A stretch of 52,210 nt of DNA from a virus (taxonomy: Duplodnaviria > Caudoviricetes), in the IMG/VR virus record IMGVR_UViG_3300044515_000086, positions 1 to 52,210 of that record; one strand, written 5' to 3'. This document shows, piece after piece, positions 1 through 8,952 of this stretch. The position numbers were made by a program, and so were the translations under genes. The notes under the pieces are model-generated. The model was not told the origin of the DNA. It worked only from the letters and a program-made list of their open reading frames with translations, and ran no database searches. Numbering within the stretch: the first letter of the stretch is position 1; every line of letters starts with the position of its first letter.

Positions 1-261
1 ATGGCGGTTAAGCGATACAGTCCGTACATCACCGATCCAGACCTCGTGACGCTCACCGTGGAGGCGAAGCTAGGCGAGCATCCACAGGGCAAGTACGTGC
101 TCGCCTCAGACTACGACGCACTCGCAGAACTGTTGAAGCTGGTTCTGAGCGATCCTGGCAACTGGCTGCATTCGGATCTGTTGGACAAGATAGAGGAGGT
201 GGTGGGGGAAGCGGCGCCCTATCGCTCGATCGATGATTCGGGACTTGCGTCTACGGGCTAG
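1..261 (+). CDS. Hypothetical protein, convergent with the lysis module
   Basis: 86-aa ORF starting at base 1; no recognisable motif. Confidence 0.5.
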   Translation: MAVKRYSPYITDPDLVTLTVEAKLGEHPQGKYVLASDYDALAELLKLVLSDPGNWLHSDLLDKIEEVVGEAAPYRSIDDSGLASTG

Positions 262-562
262 CCTTCAGGTACGCGATGGTCGCCTCCGCCCGCGCAATGT
301 CATCGAGAATGGCTTTGGCGCAATGGTCGACCTGGAATAGGCTCAGAAACCGATTGAGCCCAACAGCCCACCAGGGAGGCCTGGCGAGCTTCATCGCCTT
401 GCCGACTTCGCTCGATATCGTGACCCCCGGCTCACACCAGATCGCCGCTCCCAAAAACAGGTCGATGAAGAGGTCGAGCTTATAGCCGAACGTCTTGCCG
501 CGATTCTGGTGGACCAGGCCGAAGATGAGGTAGGCGAGCAGCAGGAGCCAGAAGTATCTCAT
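251..562 (-). CDS. Membrane-anchored phage hypothetical protein
   Basis: N-terminal hydrophobic helix; TISS...DHC pattern; 4-bp overlap with the upstream gene. Confidence 0.6.
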   Translation of the reverse strand: MRYFWLLLLAYLIFGLVHQNRGKTFGYKLDLFIDLFLGAAIWCEPGVTISSEVGKAMKLARPPWWAVGLNRFLSLFQVDHCAKAILDDIARAEATIAYLKASP

Positions 563-987
563 TTCGGTAGATCCTTATCTTTGCTGGCGATCCAGTCGGC
601 AATTTGTATGGTTAAGCCTTTCAGTCGATCGACCAGCACATCGAAGGTCTTGATCAGCCATTGGATGCGCTCCTTGATGGCGGTGAGTTGGCCGCGCATC
701 TCATCGGCAAGATCGGTCACGCGTGTCTTTGTGGTCTCGGTGTCGTGCTGAATGGCGCCGACCGTATTTGAGACGTGCGCGCGCGTCAGCTCCTGTTGCT
801 CTTTTACGAGGTCAATGATGCGCTCCGTGCCTTCCGGGTTTGGCGGCAACTCGGCGATTTGCTTGGAGAGCTTCTCGTGCGCGATGCGGCTGTCGCGCCG
901 ATGCACGATGATGAGGGTGAGGATCGCGATGCTGATGAGCAGGATCACACAGACAATTCCTAGAGTTTCTCGCGCCATATCACTCAC
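559..987 (-). CDS. Single-TM coiled-coil protein of the lysis region
   Basis: TM segment LGIVCVILLISIAILTLIIV followed by an amphipathic helical region. Confidence 0.6.
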   Translation of the reverse strand: MSDMARETLGIVCVILLISIAILTLIIVHRRDSRIAHEKLSKQIAELPPNPEGTERIIDLVKEQQELTRAHVSNTVGAIQHDTETTKTRVTDLADEMRGQLTAIKERIQWLIKTFDVLVDRLKGLTIQIADWIASKDKDLPK

Positions 988-1377
988 TTATCGCCTCCTG
1001 GCATGCGGAGGGGCTTCCGCCGCATCTTCAATTCTCTCGCGCCATTGCCGCTGCCGGTCGACCTCACTTGCGATGCCATCGACTTTGGTGTTCATGACGG
1101 CCAGCTGCGTATCGATCTTATGGAGGATGTCGAGCTGCTGGCGAAGATCCGCGACCGACTTTTGGGACTCGGCACTCGATTCTTTGAGCTGGTGAATATC
1201 GTGTTGCGCATTGATGAGCCAGGTGACCGCGATCGCAAGGGCCGTGATGGCACTCCACAGCGCCGCCGGGGTGAGCCGCTCGCGCAACGCCCGTGGTAGC
1301 CACGCAAAGCCCGGGGCGCGGCGCGCGAGGACGGCTGTGGTGGTTTCCCAGTCGTGGTTGTCGTCGTGCTCAGCCAC
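988..1377 (-). CDS. Single-TM coiled-coil protein of the lysis region
   Basis: TM segment ALWSAITALAIAVTWLI followed by a coiled coil; tightly packed operon. Confidence 0.6.
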   Translation of the reverse strand: MAEHDDNHDWETTTAVLARRAPGFAWLPRALRERLTPAALWSAITALAIAVTWLINAQHDIHQLKESSAESQKSVADLRQQLDILHKIDTQLAVMNTKVDGIASEVDRQRQWRERIEDAAEAPPHARRR

Positions 1378-1380
1378 GCG

Positions 1381-1698
1381 TCACTTATCTGCCGTCCATT
1401 TGCGGCCGTTGTCGATATAGAACTTGAGTGCCACGCCGAACAGGGCCGACAGCACGGTGACGATCGAGCAGGCTGCTGCTGCGTCCGCGGTCGTGCGCTG
1501 GCCGGCTGGCAGGTGTATGTACCAATAGACGATGGTCGTGTCGAGGGAAATCACCATGTGGGCGACCATGAAGATGATCGCGCGCGGCACGATGCGCCAG
1601 CTGTCGAAAACTTCAGCCCAGTCCAGCCACAGCTGTTTTGAGGCGAGCGCGCGCACGGCACCCTCGAAATCGGTTATGGCATCGACCTGAAGGTTCAT
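1381..1698 (-). CDS. Putative holin (2 TM)
   Basis: 105 aa, two hydrophobic segments, basic C-terminus, immediately downstream of the endolysin. Confidence 0.55.
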   Translation of the reverse strand: MNLQVDAITDFEGAVRALASKQLWLDWAEVFDSWRIVPRAIIFMVAHMVISLDTTIVYWYIHLPAGQRTTADAAAACSIVTVLSALFGVALKFYIDNGRKWTADK

Positions 1699-2111
1699 CA
1701 GTCAAGGCCGGCGAGCACGCGCCAGTTCGGATGCTGCATGTGCGGCTTTTCGGGAAACGGGAACCCAGGCGTACCGGCCCATTCGAGCCCCGCGGCGACG
1801 CCCAACTTGCCAACCTGTTGCCATACGGGATCAGCGCCCCGCCAGTCCGGTTTGCCGCCGATCATCGGTACGATGTCGATCGCCAGCCCGTAGTTGTGCG
1901 CACTTTTTCCGGCTGGCGCATCCGTGACGACCCACTTGCGGCCGATCGGTGCGACCGTGCGTCCCTTCGCATACAGCGCAGCCTGCTCATCGTTCGACCG
2001 CAGTGTGCACGTGACCAAGACGTCGAGGCCCGCCGCCTCGCAAGCCGCCAGGAAAGCATCGACCTGCGGCCGGATCTCAGGGCGCAGATCATCGAGCTTG
2101 CGCGAGCTCAT
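1698..2111 (-). CDS. Endolysin, M15-family (L-Ala-D-Glu type) peptidase
   Basis: TLRSNDEQAALYAKGRT, SAHNYGLAIDIVP (SxHxxGxAxD) and EKPHMQ motifs. Confidence 0.9.
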   Translation of the reverse strand: MSSRKLDDLRPEIRPQVDAFLAACEAAGLDVLVTCTLRSNDEQAALYAKGRTVAPIGRKWVVTDAPAGKSAHNYGLAIDIVPMIGGKPDWRGADPVWQQVGKLGVAAGLEWAGTPGFPFPEKPHMQHPNWRVLAGLD

Positions 2112-2320
2112 AACAAAAACCCTGCGATGAATCCGATGAGCCCTATCAAAAGGCTCATGGTCACCGCAACGCGAATGCGCACAAAGCCGACGGTTGAGGC
2201 CTGATCGCCGCCCAAGTTATCGACGACAGCTTGAAACTCATCGAGGGAACGCTGCGTATCGGTTCTCCCGGCATAGCGGCCGTGATGATCTTGATACAGC
2301 TCGTCTGGCGTCATGCTCAT
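2108..2320 (-). CDS. Small protein with C-terminal TM helix
   Basis: 70 aa; 4-bp overlaps at both ends. Confidence 0.5.
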   Translation of the reverse strand: MSMTPDELYQDHHGRYAGRTDTQRSLDEFQAVVDNLGGDQASTVGFVRIRVAVTMSLLIGLIGFIAGFLL

Positions 2321-2559
2321 GCTGGCATCTCCTCCGGTGGCTGTGGCGGCGGCGGAGCCTGCGGGGGTGCCACTGCATTCGTTGGCGCGCTCTGGGCTGG
2401 CTGCGGTGGCGCCAGCGGCTTTTGCGGCAGCTGCGGCGCGATCTCATCGAGCAGCGCCTGGTGCGGGGCCATGGCCATGTTCGCCAGCTGGTGAATCGTG
2501 GCAATGGCCCGGTCGGTAAGCTCGATGGTGTGGATGCGAACGCCGTTGACGATTTTCAT
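2317..2559 (-). CDS. Hypothetical protein with Pro-rich tail
   Basis: 80 aa; coupled to the upstream fibre-like gene. Confidence 0.5.
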   Translation of the reverse strand: MKIVNGVRIHTIELTDRAIATIHQLANMAMAPHQALLDEIAPQLPQKPLAPPQPAQSAPTNAVAPPQAPPPPQPPEEMPA

Positions 2560-3485
2560 AGGCCTAATAGTCCGTGGGTGGTGAGAGCGTTTTGAATGGC
2601 GGCGACGCGCTGCGCCAATTGCACCAGGGTGACGGTGCTCGCGTCGTAGACGCTGGCGTTGTTGAGAATGCCGGTCCAGGGGTTCCAGCCTGTGTTTCGG
2701 GGGCCGACCACTTGAGCCGCCTCCACTTGGAGACCACCGGTGGCGAGTAGTCGTGTCTGGAGCGCACCGCTCACCGAATAATCTAGACCCAAGCCATTGA
2801 AGGCGAGTTGATTAAGCCCGGCGGCATCGAAAAGAATCGGCTGTCCCGCTGCCATGCGCAAAGCCCCGGTGGTGACGGTAGCGAACGCACAGTCGTAGGC
2901 GACGGCCGCATTACAGTCGAATACCGAAAAGGCGTTGGTGATGAAGGAGTGCGCGCCATCCTGGTTATTGCCGACGCGTACCCCGAATCCGCTTGTCGTG
3001 TCGGGTCCGCCCGGATCAAAGCGAGTGAGCACCACATCGATACCAACACGATTGAAGTTGTTGTCGGTGCCATTGGATCGCACATCGACCTCAAGGCTGA
3101 CAAGGCCGGAGGTTGGGTTATTGATCGGAACCATTTCGCGCGTCTCGAGCACGGCAGCCCAGGTGGGCCCGGTGGTCGATGTCATGCGATTGCCCTGCGC
3201 GTAGGAGGCGACGTTCTCCCCGCCTGTCGCAGAGTTATTCAAGATCGCGAGCGAGGCCCACTCAAAGTTCGTGACGCCGACGCCCGTGACATCCGTCTGC
3301 ACCGTGAGCGCGGTTGCGACATGTCCCGGCATGCCCCCGAGGTAGGCAGCGGTGCGATGGAACCACGCATCGCTATAGCCATCGGCCGCAGCGCCGTCGA
3401 AGGTCACTTGCGCAAGAAAACTATTGAAGAGAGCCTGCGTGGGATTTGGTCCCAGTCCGAGGCGATCGGTAATAGCTGAGGTCAT
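2556..3485 (-). CDS. Tail fibre/spike-like protein
   Basis: Gly/Thr/Asn-rich beta-type sequence. C-terminus QVVGPRNTGW...LAQRVAAIQNALTTHGLLG is typical of phage fibre ends. Confidence 0.65.
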   Translation of the reverse strand: MTSAITDRLGLGPNPTQALFNSFLAQVTFDGAAADGYSDAWFHRTAAYLGGMPGHVATALTVQTDVTGVGVTNFEWASLAILNNSATGGENVASYAQGNRMTSTTGPTWAAVLETREMVPINNPTSGLVSLEVDVRSNGTDNNFNRVGIDVVLTRFDPGGPDTTSGFGVRVGNNQDGAHSFITNAFSVFDCNAAVAYDCAFATVTTGALRMAAGQPILFDAAGLNQLAFNGLGLDYSVSGALQTRLLATGGLQVEAAQVVGPRNTGWNPWTGILNNASVYDASTVTLVQLAQRVAAIQNALTTHGLLGL

Positions 3486-3553
3486 AGGGAAATTTCCTTG
3501 AGGGCAACGCTCGCGCTCTCGCCGTAGATACGGTCAGTGAGGGTCGAAGTCAT
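3482..3553 (-). pseudogene. 23-codon stub resembling the N-terminus of a tail gene (MTSTLTDRIYGESASVALKEISL)
   Basis: Own RBS (GGAG) and ATG. Resembles the next gene's start MTSAITDRL, and its stop overlaps that ATG. Confidence 0.5.
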
Positions 3554-3573
3554 TTATTGGTTCTCCAGAAATG

Positions 3574-3597
3574 AAAAACCCCGCTCGTTGGCGGGGC
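3574..3597 (-). terminator. Intrinsic terminator after the ejection-protein genes
   Basis: Minus strand CCCCGC-CAACGA-GCGGGG-TTTTT. Confidence 0.8.
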
Positions 3598-3623
3598 TTG
3601 TTCGTGTTTGATCAATGAGGCTG

Positions 3624-6248
3624 TCAATTCATCGCGAGTGCCGATTGGGCTCGATCCAGTAGCGCCGCGACGTCGCCTTTTTCCTTCTCCCACCCTTGAG
3701 AAGCGCCCGGGTCCCAGGCCTTGGAGAAATCTGGGGCTCTAGCAGGTGCGGCCTCATGCGGATCGTAGTACCACGACGCGTCTCGTTGAGTGATCGCTCT
3801 ATTCTGCATCCGCTCCAAATAGCCGGGGCTCGCTGCTTCCTGCATGTCGTTGAATATCAGATGGTCCAACGCTGCCTTGAGATACCACGGGACGCCTAAC
3901 ATGCTTTTGGCGAATTGGATCAGTTTTGCACCCTCGTCGACCTTCTCGCCTTTGACCGTTTTGATGGCAGCACCGGCGGTGAGTTTAACCATCTGCTCCG
4001 CATCGGTGACAAGAGGACCGCCGAGTGCGGCGACCAAGGAGGTGTCGTGCGCGGTAACCTCGTTGTACAAAAATTCGCCGTACAGTCCTAGGCCACCACC
4101 TTTTGCCGCCGCGTGCGCCCAGAAGCGCCACGAAGCCATATTCTCTGGGTCCTGGCCCTTGGCGAGATTGTTGAGCTGCAGCGCGGTTGCGCCCATGACA
4201 GTGCCGACGGTGAGCAGTCGCGCGACGTATTGCGCTCGGTCGGTTCCGGTTGGCATCGTGCCGGCCCGCGCCCAGTGCTTGCCCACCATGGCAAATGAGA
4301 ACCCTTTGAAGAGCATCAGTGAACTGCCCAACTCGCCCAGATGTGTTCCCGGCGTGGTTCCAATCCTTTTGCTGACACGCTCTCGAATACCCTGCTCCAT
4401 CACGGCGGCGCCGACCTCATCCATCACGTGACTTAACAGCGAGGTCGAGGCGTTGCGACGCAGCTCGGTCGGATCCCCCAAAGCGGCCAATTGCTCATCT
4501 GGGATCGCGTGAATGGATTTTGGCGTAATAACGGTATGAGCCGCGGCGCCCCAGTCCTCGGTCTGCGCCAGCTGCCAGACTTTCCAATCCTCCTCGCTGA
4601 TACCCTTCGTGGCGAGAACGCCGTGATCATGCGGGTCGAGGTCGGCGAAATTCTCGTGCTCTCGCGTCATTTTGCCGACATAGGACATCAGCATCGAACC
4701 CATGGCGGCGCGGCGCGCGTTCCACATAAAGTTCATGAACGCAGCTTTGAGCGTGAAGGCCGCCATCTTGCCGGTTATCCTTGCCGCAGCGCCGGCCGCG
4801 CCACCGCCCCCGCCGCCGAAGTTCTCAGAGCCAAAGCGATTCACATGGTTGTCCATGACCTGAATTCCTAAGCTCGCACCCAGCGCCGTGGCGCGATCTT
4901 TGGACGAGAACGGGTTTAAGTAGCGCAATTGCCGAAATAGGCCACCCGCCCAAGGGACATGATTCGCAAACGCAGTGGCCGCCATGCCACCTTCATCCGA
5001 TAGCGCGGTTGCCGGGAGCATCACCAAATCCTTGAAGACTTCAAAGTTGCGTGCCGCCTGCCACCAGTCATGCACTCGCTGGTCGACGATCTGCGTGCGC
5101 CCAGCCACCGAATCGAACAGCGCCTGATTGAGGGCATGCGCCTTGGAAATAACGCTATCCGACTCTGTCGGGAACTGGCGCTCCTCTTCGAGGCGCGTGC
5201 GGTCGTTGTAATAGCCGAAGGTCTGCTCATCTTTCGGCCCCCACGTCTCGGCGAGCGCGATGTCATTCGCCATCGCCTTGATGTGGCCGCGAAAGGTATC
5301 CCACAGTCCTTCGCCTGAGTACTTCGCGGCGTAGGCCATCGCAGACGCCGCATCCTTGAAAAATAGCACCCGATGCTGACCGCCTTTATCGGAGCTGCCC
5401 TGCACGTAGCCGTTCTCGCCTGGCTCCTCCTTGTTGTGACCGTCGGTCGTTATGGTGTCGAACACATGCGCGAGCGTGTTGTTCAACTGCTCATCGCTCA
5501 TTCGAGTGCCGTCGGGATTCAAGTACATATCGCGGTCGAGCCATTGCGGTACATCTTTGACGTACTGCTCAATCCCAGCGTCTCCAACGCGATATTGGCT
5601 GTTGCTCTGCGGCTTGTGCCACACCTCGCCTAAGCTGCCGCGAGCGCGGCCGGCGGCGTTCGAGCGTGACCGAAGTTCCTCGGCGACTTTATGAAACTCC
5701 GCGACTCCCTTTTTTGCCGCCGGGCTGCCGCTATCCTCGCCATAGGTTTCCTTCCAAATGGCGGCTTCTGCGTCTTTGCGTCCGAAGAGGCCCAAGAAGC
5801 GGCCCTTGTCGGCATTCCACAAGTCGGTGAGCCGTCCCATCGCCTCACCGTAAATCGCATCAGACCTAGTGCTGGTGGACTCGATACCGTGCTGCTTCAT
5901 ATCGTGAGCCGCAAGCTGCCCGACGATCCGCAGTTTATCGCCCGCCTTATAATCATCCGGGAGCGCGTCGAACTGCTGGGCCAGCGTACTGTCGATCCGA
6001 TCATGCGCGGCGATATGCAGTTGGGTCTGACGCAATTTCTCCTGCACGTCAGCCGTCTTTTTTACGATAGCCGCCTGCGCACCGGCAGCGAGCTGTTCGT
6101 CATGCGACATCGCCAGCCACGCGCCGCGATCCTGGCGCGCGAGCAGGCGCATGTGACGCTCGACTGCCTCCTCGATCCCTTTGGCTTCGTTCTTGCGTAA
6201 GGGTCGGCCGATCGCGTCCTCGACGGCCAGAATGCATTCGTCTTTCAC
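3624..6248 (-). CDS. Large internal virion/ejection protein (T7 gp16-position analogue)
   Basis: About 875 aa, helical, with hydrophobic C-terminal patches (GGGLGLYGEFL). Last gene of the ejection cluster. Probable GTG start at 6248. Confidence 0.75.
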   Translation of the reverse strand: MKDECILAVEDAIGRPLRKNEAKGIEEAVERHMRLLARQDRGAWLAMSHDEQLAAGAQAAIVKKTADVQEKLRQTQLHIAAHDRIDSTLAQQFDALPDDYKAGDKLRIVGQLAAHDMKQHGIESTSTRSDAIYGEAMGRLTDLWNADKGRFLGLFGRKDAEAAIWKETYGEDSGSPAAKKGVAEFHKVAEELRSRSNAAGRARGSLGEVWHKPQSNSQYRVGDAGIEQYVKDVPQWLDRDMYLNPDGTRMSDEQLNNTLAHVFDTITTDGHNKEEPGENGYVQGSSDKGGQHRVLFFKDAASAMAYAAKYSGEGLWDTFRGHIKAMANDIALAETWGPKDEQTFGYYNDRTRLEEERQFPTESDSVISKAHALNQALFDSVAGRTQIVDQRVHDWWQAARNFEVFKDLVMLPATALSDEGGMAATAFANHVPWAGGLFRQLRYLNPFSSKDRATALGASLGIQVMDNHVNRFGSENFGGGGGGAAGAAARITGKMAAFTLKAAFMNFMWNARRAAMGSMLMSYVGKMTREHENFADLDPHDHGVLATKGISEEDWKVWQLAQTEDWGAAAHTVITPKSIHAIPDEQLAALGDPTELRRNASTSLLSHVMDEVGAAVMEQGIRERVSKRIGTTPGTHLGELGSSLMLFKGFSFAMVGKHWARAGTMPTGTDRAQYVARLLTVGTVMGATALQLNNLAKGQDPENMASWRFWAHAAAKGGGLGLYGEFLYNEVTAHDTSLVAALGGPLVTDAEQMVKLTAGAAIKTVKGEKVDEGAKLIQFAKSMLGVPWYLKAALDHLIFNDMQEAASPGYLERMQNRAITQRDASWYYDPHEAAPARAPDFSKAWDPGASQGWEKEKGDVAALLDRAQSALAMN

Positions 6249-8374
6249 GCGCCCTTTCTCCCAAAGCAATTGGTTGCCGCGGTGACGGCTTTTTGGAAAT
6301 CGGTGGTTTCTCTCGCGGCATCCTCTTCGGTCTGGCGCAGCAGATCCGCGGCCCGTGTGGGCTTGCCCTCATCGTTCGTGACTTTAAGGTCAGGGTGCTC
6401 TTGAAGCGCTTCGCGAACCTTATTGGCGAGCGGATCTACTTTGCCGCCAGCTTTTACGCTGGTAGCGTCGGCGCCGCCTGTGATGGATCCTGGCTCGCCG
6501 GCTGGATGTTCTGAGAGGCCAGCGCCCGTTTCAAGAGCACCGGATCTGTCTGCAGGTTCTGGTTCGCCTGATCGCCTTGCGCGTCCGCTGAGTCCTGCCC
6601 CTGAGTCGCTTTGGCCCCCTTGCTCTGCCGACGCGCGTTCACGAGCTTCGCTGCCTTGAGAAACTGGTGCGGACTCATCAACGAACTTCCGGATGGCTTG
6701 GAGGAATCCTGTACTGTCACCTGAGTGCTCCTTTACCAGCGATTCTACCCGGTCTCGGTCTAATTCGAGGGCCCTTGCGACATAAGCTGTGCCGTGAACG
6801 TTGGGAGTCGTGGGCTCGCCCCCGGACGCCCGGATTTCGTCAGAAGTCGGGAAGTGCTCCTGGACGGCATAGCCCTCCTGCGCGGAGCGTATATTCTCAC
6901 CTTGCGCCGGGCGCTCCATGAGGGGGCGACCGCCCTCCTCGCGAACCACTTGGAAGCCGAAGCGCTCGTACCAGGCGCGCAGCTTGTCCGGTGTGATGCC
7001 TCCCTTGTCGAGTGGCTGCGCATCGAGCGTTAAGTTAACGCCGTGTTCGTCGGCAAGCCGTGTCAGATTATCCATTGCAGCCGTACCGGCGCCGCTGCCT
7101 GGCTCTGTGGCACGGATATTGTCGATATGGACCGAACGCTCATCGAACGGGTCCGCCATCATGCGCACCTCGACGCCCTCGCGTGACTGAGCTTCTGCGG
7201 CACTGAGAAAGGACTCGGCGTTGCCGGATGGCGCAGATTCGCCAGTCGTTTCACGTGGAGCGGCAGGTACCTCAATCGGCACGTACTCGCGCGCAATCGT
7301 CTGCGCCTCGGCCTGGCGCGCCTCATCGATCGGCCTTGCGGCAAACTTCGCCTCATTGACTCCGGTCTGCGAGACGTCGTTGGGCTTCCCTTCGAGTAAT
7401 TGCTCGTTCGAGACCTCAAGCGCGTCTTGATGCGCGTGGGTCGCGGTCGGGTCCACCGGCACGCCGACCGCCAGGTTGCGGTCATGCACCGCGAGATTCG
7501 TCACGAGCGCCGCATCGACCATGCCGGGTTCGGCCGCCGCCACCTTGACAGCTTTCGCCTCAGCGCCATGCAGATGCGCAATGCCGCCGAAAGCGGCGCC
7601 CAGCAACGTATCGGTGAGCAGCGCCGTGCTATCCCATATCTTCTGCTGCGCGGCCATCTCAGGGTAACCGTTCGCCTCAAGGATCTTGTGATCCGCATAG
7701 CGCGAGGCGAACCCTAAGCCGACTTGGGAGCCAGCACCCGTGAGTAGTTTCGCTGCGAGTGTTGAACCGAAGCCGCCCGGAATCAGTACGCCGGCCGCAG
7801 AGGTGATTGCGGTCACGCCGGCAGACTCCAAAGCCGTCGTTTGATCAACTCCCTGATCGGTCAAGTCATGATACGTGCTTGAGCCTTCGACGCCGCCCGT
7901 CAAGGCTGCAGCGCCGGGTATCCCTCCCGTAAGGCCGCCCACAGTGGCGAGATACGCGCCTTCGCCCAAGCCATGCACGATTCGCACCGCAGTTCCCGTC
8001 GTCGCGGGATTTGGCGTCATGGCCTGCACGCGCGCCTTGGCATCCGCGCTGATCGCATCGGCGAGCGGATTTAAACCCTCGCTCTCACTTTGCTGACCGG
8101 CGGATGTGGCGATCAGTCCACCCGACTCATCAGTGGCGTAGTTGAAGCCCTCGGACTGATGCAACAGGTCGCCTACGACCCTTTCGCTCTTGGCCGCGCC
8201 AGAGCCGGCTGCTTCGAGCACGCGATAGGCTGGCCCCAGATACGCCGTGTCTTGGTTGAACCCCATTCCTGTGAAGAAGCCGGGCTTGCCGGGTCCGTGC
8301 CAAGGATCTGACATGGGTCCCGAATAGAGCGAATCGGATGCCGATCGCTCTTCGAGCGGAAATGGCGTGCTCAA
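6245..8374 (-). CDS. Internal virion/ejection protein with embedded GNAT-like domain
   Basis: Gly/Ala-rich hydrophobic N-terminal half. Segment at about 6900-7185 has GSGAGTAAM and LRAWYERFGF. Confidence 0.7.
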   Translation of the reverse strand: MSTPFPLEERSASDSLYSGPMSDPWHGPGKPGFFTGMGFNQDTAYLGPAYRVLEAAGSGAAKSERVVGDLLHQSEGFNYATDESGGLIATSAGQQSESEGLNPLADAISADAKARVQAMTPNPATTGTAVRIVHGLGEGAYLATVGGLTGGIPGAAALTGGVEGSSTYHDLTDQGVDQTTALESAGVTAITSAAGVLIPGGFGSTLAAKLLTGAGSQVGLGFASRYADHKILEANGYPEMAAQQKIWDSTALLTDTLLGAAFGGIAHLHGAEAKAVKVAAAEPGMVDAALVTNLAVHDRNLAVGVPVDPTATHAHQDALEVSNEQLLEGKPNDVSQTGVNEAKFAARPIDEARQAEAQTIAREYVPIEVPAAPRETTGESAPSGNAESFLSAAEAQSREGVEVRMMADPFDERSVHIDNIRATEPGSGAGTAAMDNLTRLADEHGVNLTLDAQPLDKGGITPDKLRAWYERFGFQVVREEGGRPLMERPAQGENIRSAQEGYAVQEHFPTSDEIRASGGEPTTPNVHGTAYVARALELDRDRVESLVKEHSGDSTGFLQAIRKFVDESAPVSQGSEARERASAEQGGQSDSGAGLSGRARRSGEPEPADRSGALETGAGLSEHPAGEPGSITGGADATSVKAGGKVDPLANKVREALQEHPDLKVTNDEGKPTRAADLLRQTEEDAARETTDFQKAVTAATNCFGRKGA

Positions 8375-8952
8375 TTGGGCACTCGAATCGTCCCAAGCGC
8401 GCCGGTGAAGCCAGGCGCGGCGAGGTCCATGATGAGGTGCGTTCGATCGCCGCCGCGGTTGATCACGCTGTGCAGGACCTGATGGTTAAACCACCACAGC
8501 TCTCCTACGCCCATGTTGACCATTTCCTCTCCGCAGCGAAAGCGACAGTGAGGATTCGAGTCGAGTACTAAGTGGAAGCGCGCGAAATACCTTGCATACG
8601 CACCCTCATCGACGTGCGGTTTTATTGAGCCGCCGGCGTTTAAACGCACGAGCATGATGCGACCTATCTCTCGAGCCTTTAGGAAACCGACGATGCCACG
8701 AATCAGTTCGACGGTTGCCGGCAGGTTGTCGTTGACGCCAAAGTTGACGCACTCCAAGTTATCGAAGATGCCTTCGATTGAATCCGGTCCACGCATCACA
8801 ATGGTCTCGGTGTCGACGTGCGCCGACCCCTCATACTGCTGACGGATCTGCATGATCTTCCATAAATCTGGCTGCTTCGCTATCTCAGCGACCGCAGCAG
8901 CCACATCGACCGCGGTCATGAGTCGGTGAAAATTCGGATGCTGTTCACTCAT
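8371..8952 (-). CDS. Aspartyl/asparaginyl beta-hydroxylase-like 2OG-Fe(II) oxygenase
   Basis: IKPHVDEG (HxD), RFHLVL, GELWWFNHQVLHSVIN, RTHLIMD. Confidence 0.85.
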   Translation of the reverse strand: MSEQHPNFHRLMTAVDVAAAVAEIAKQPDLWKIMQIRQQYEGSAHVDTETIVMRGPDSIEGIFDNLECVNFGVNDNLPATVELIRGIVGFLKAREIGRIMLVRLNAGGSIKPHVDEGAYARYFARFHLVLDSNPHCRFRCGEEMVNMGVGELWWFNHQVLHSVINRGGDRTHLIMDLAAPGFTGALGTIRVPN

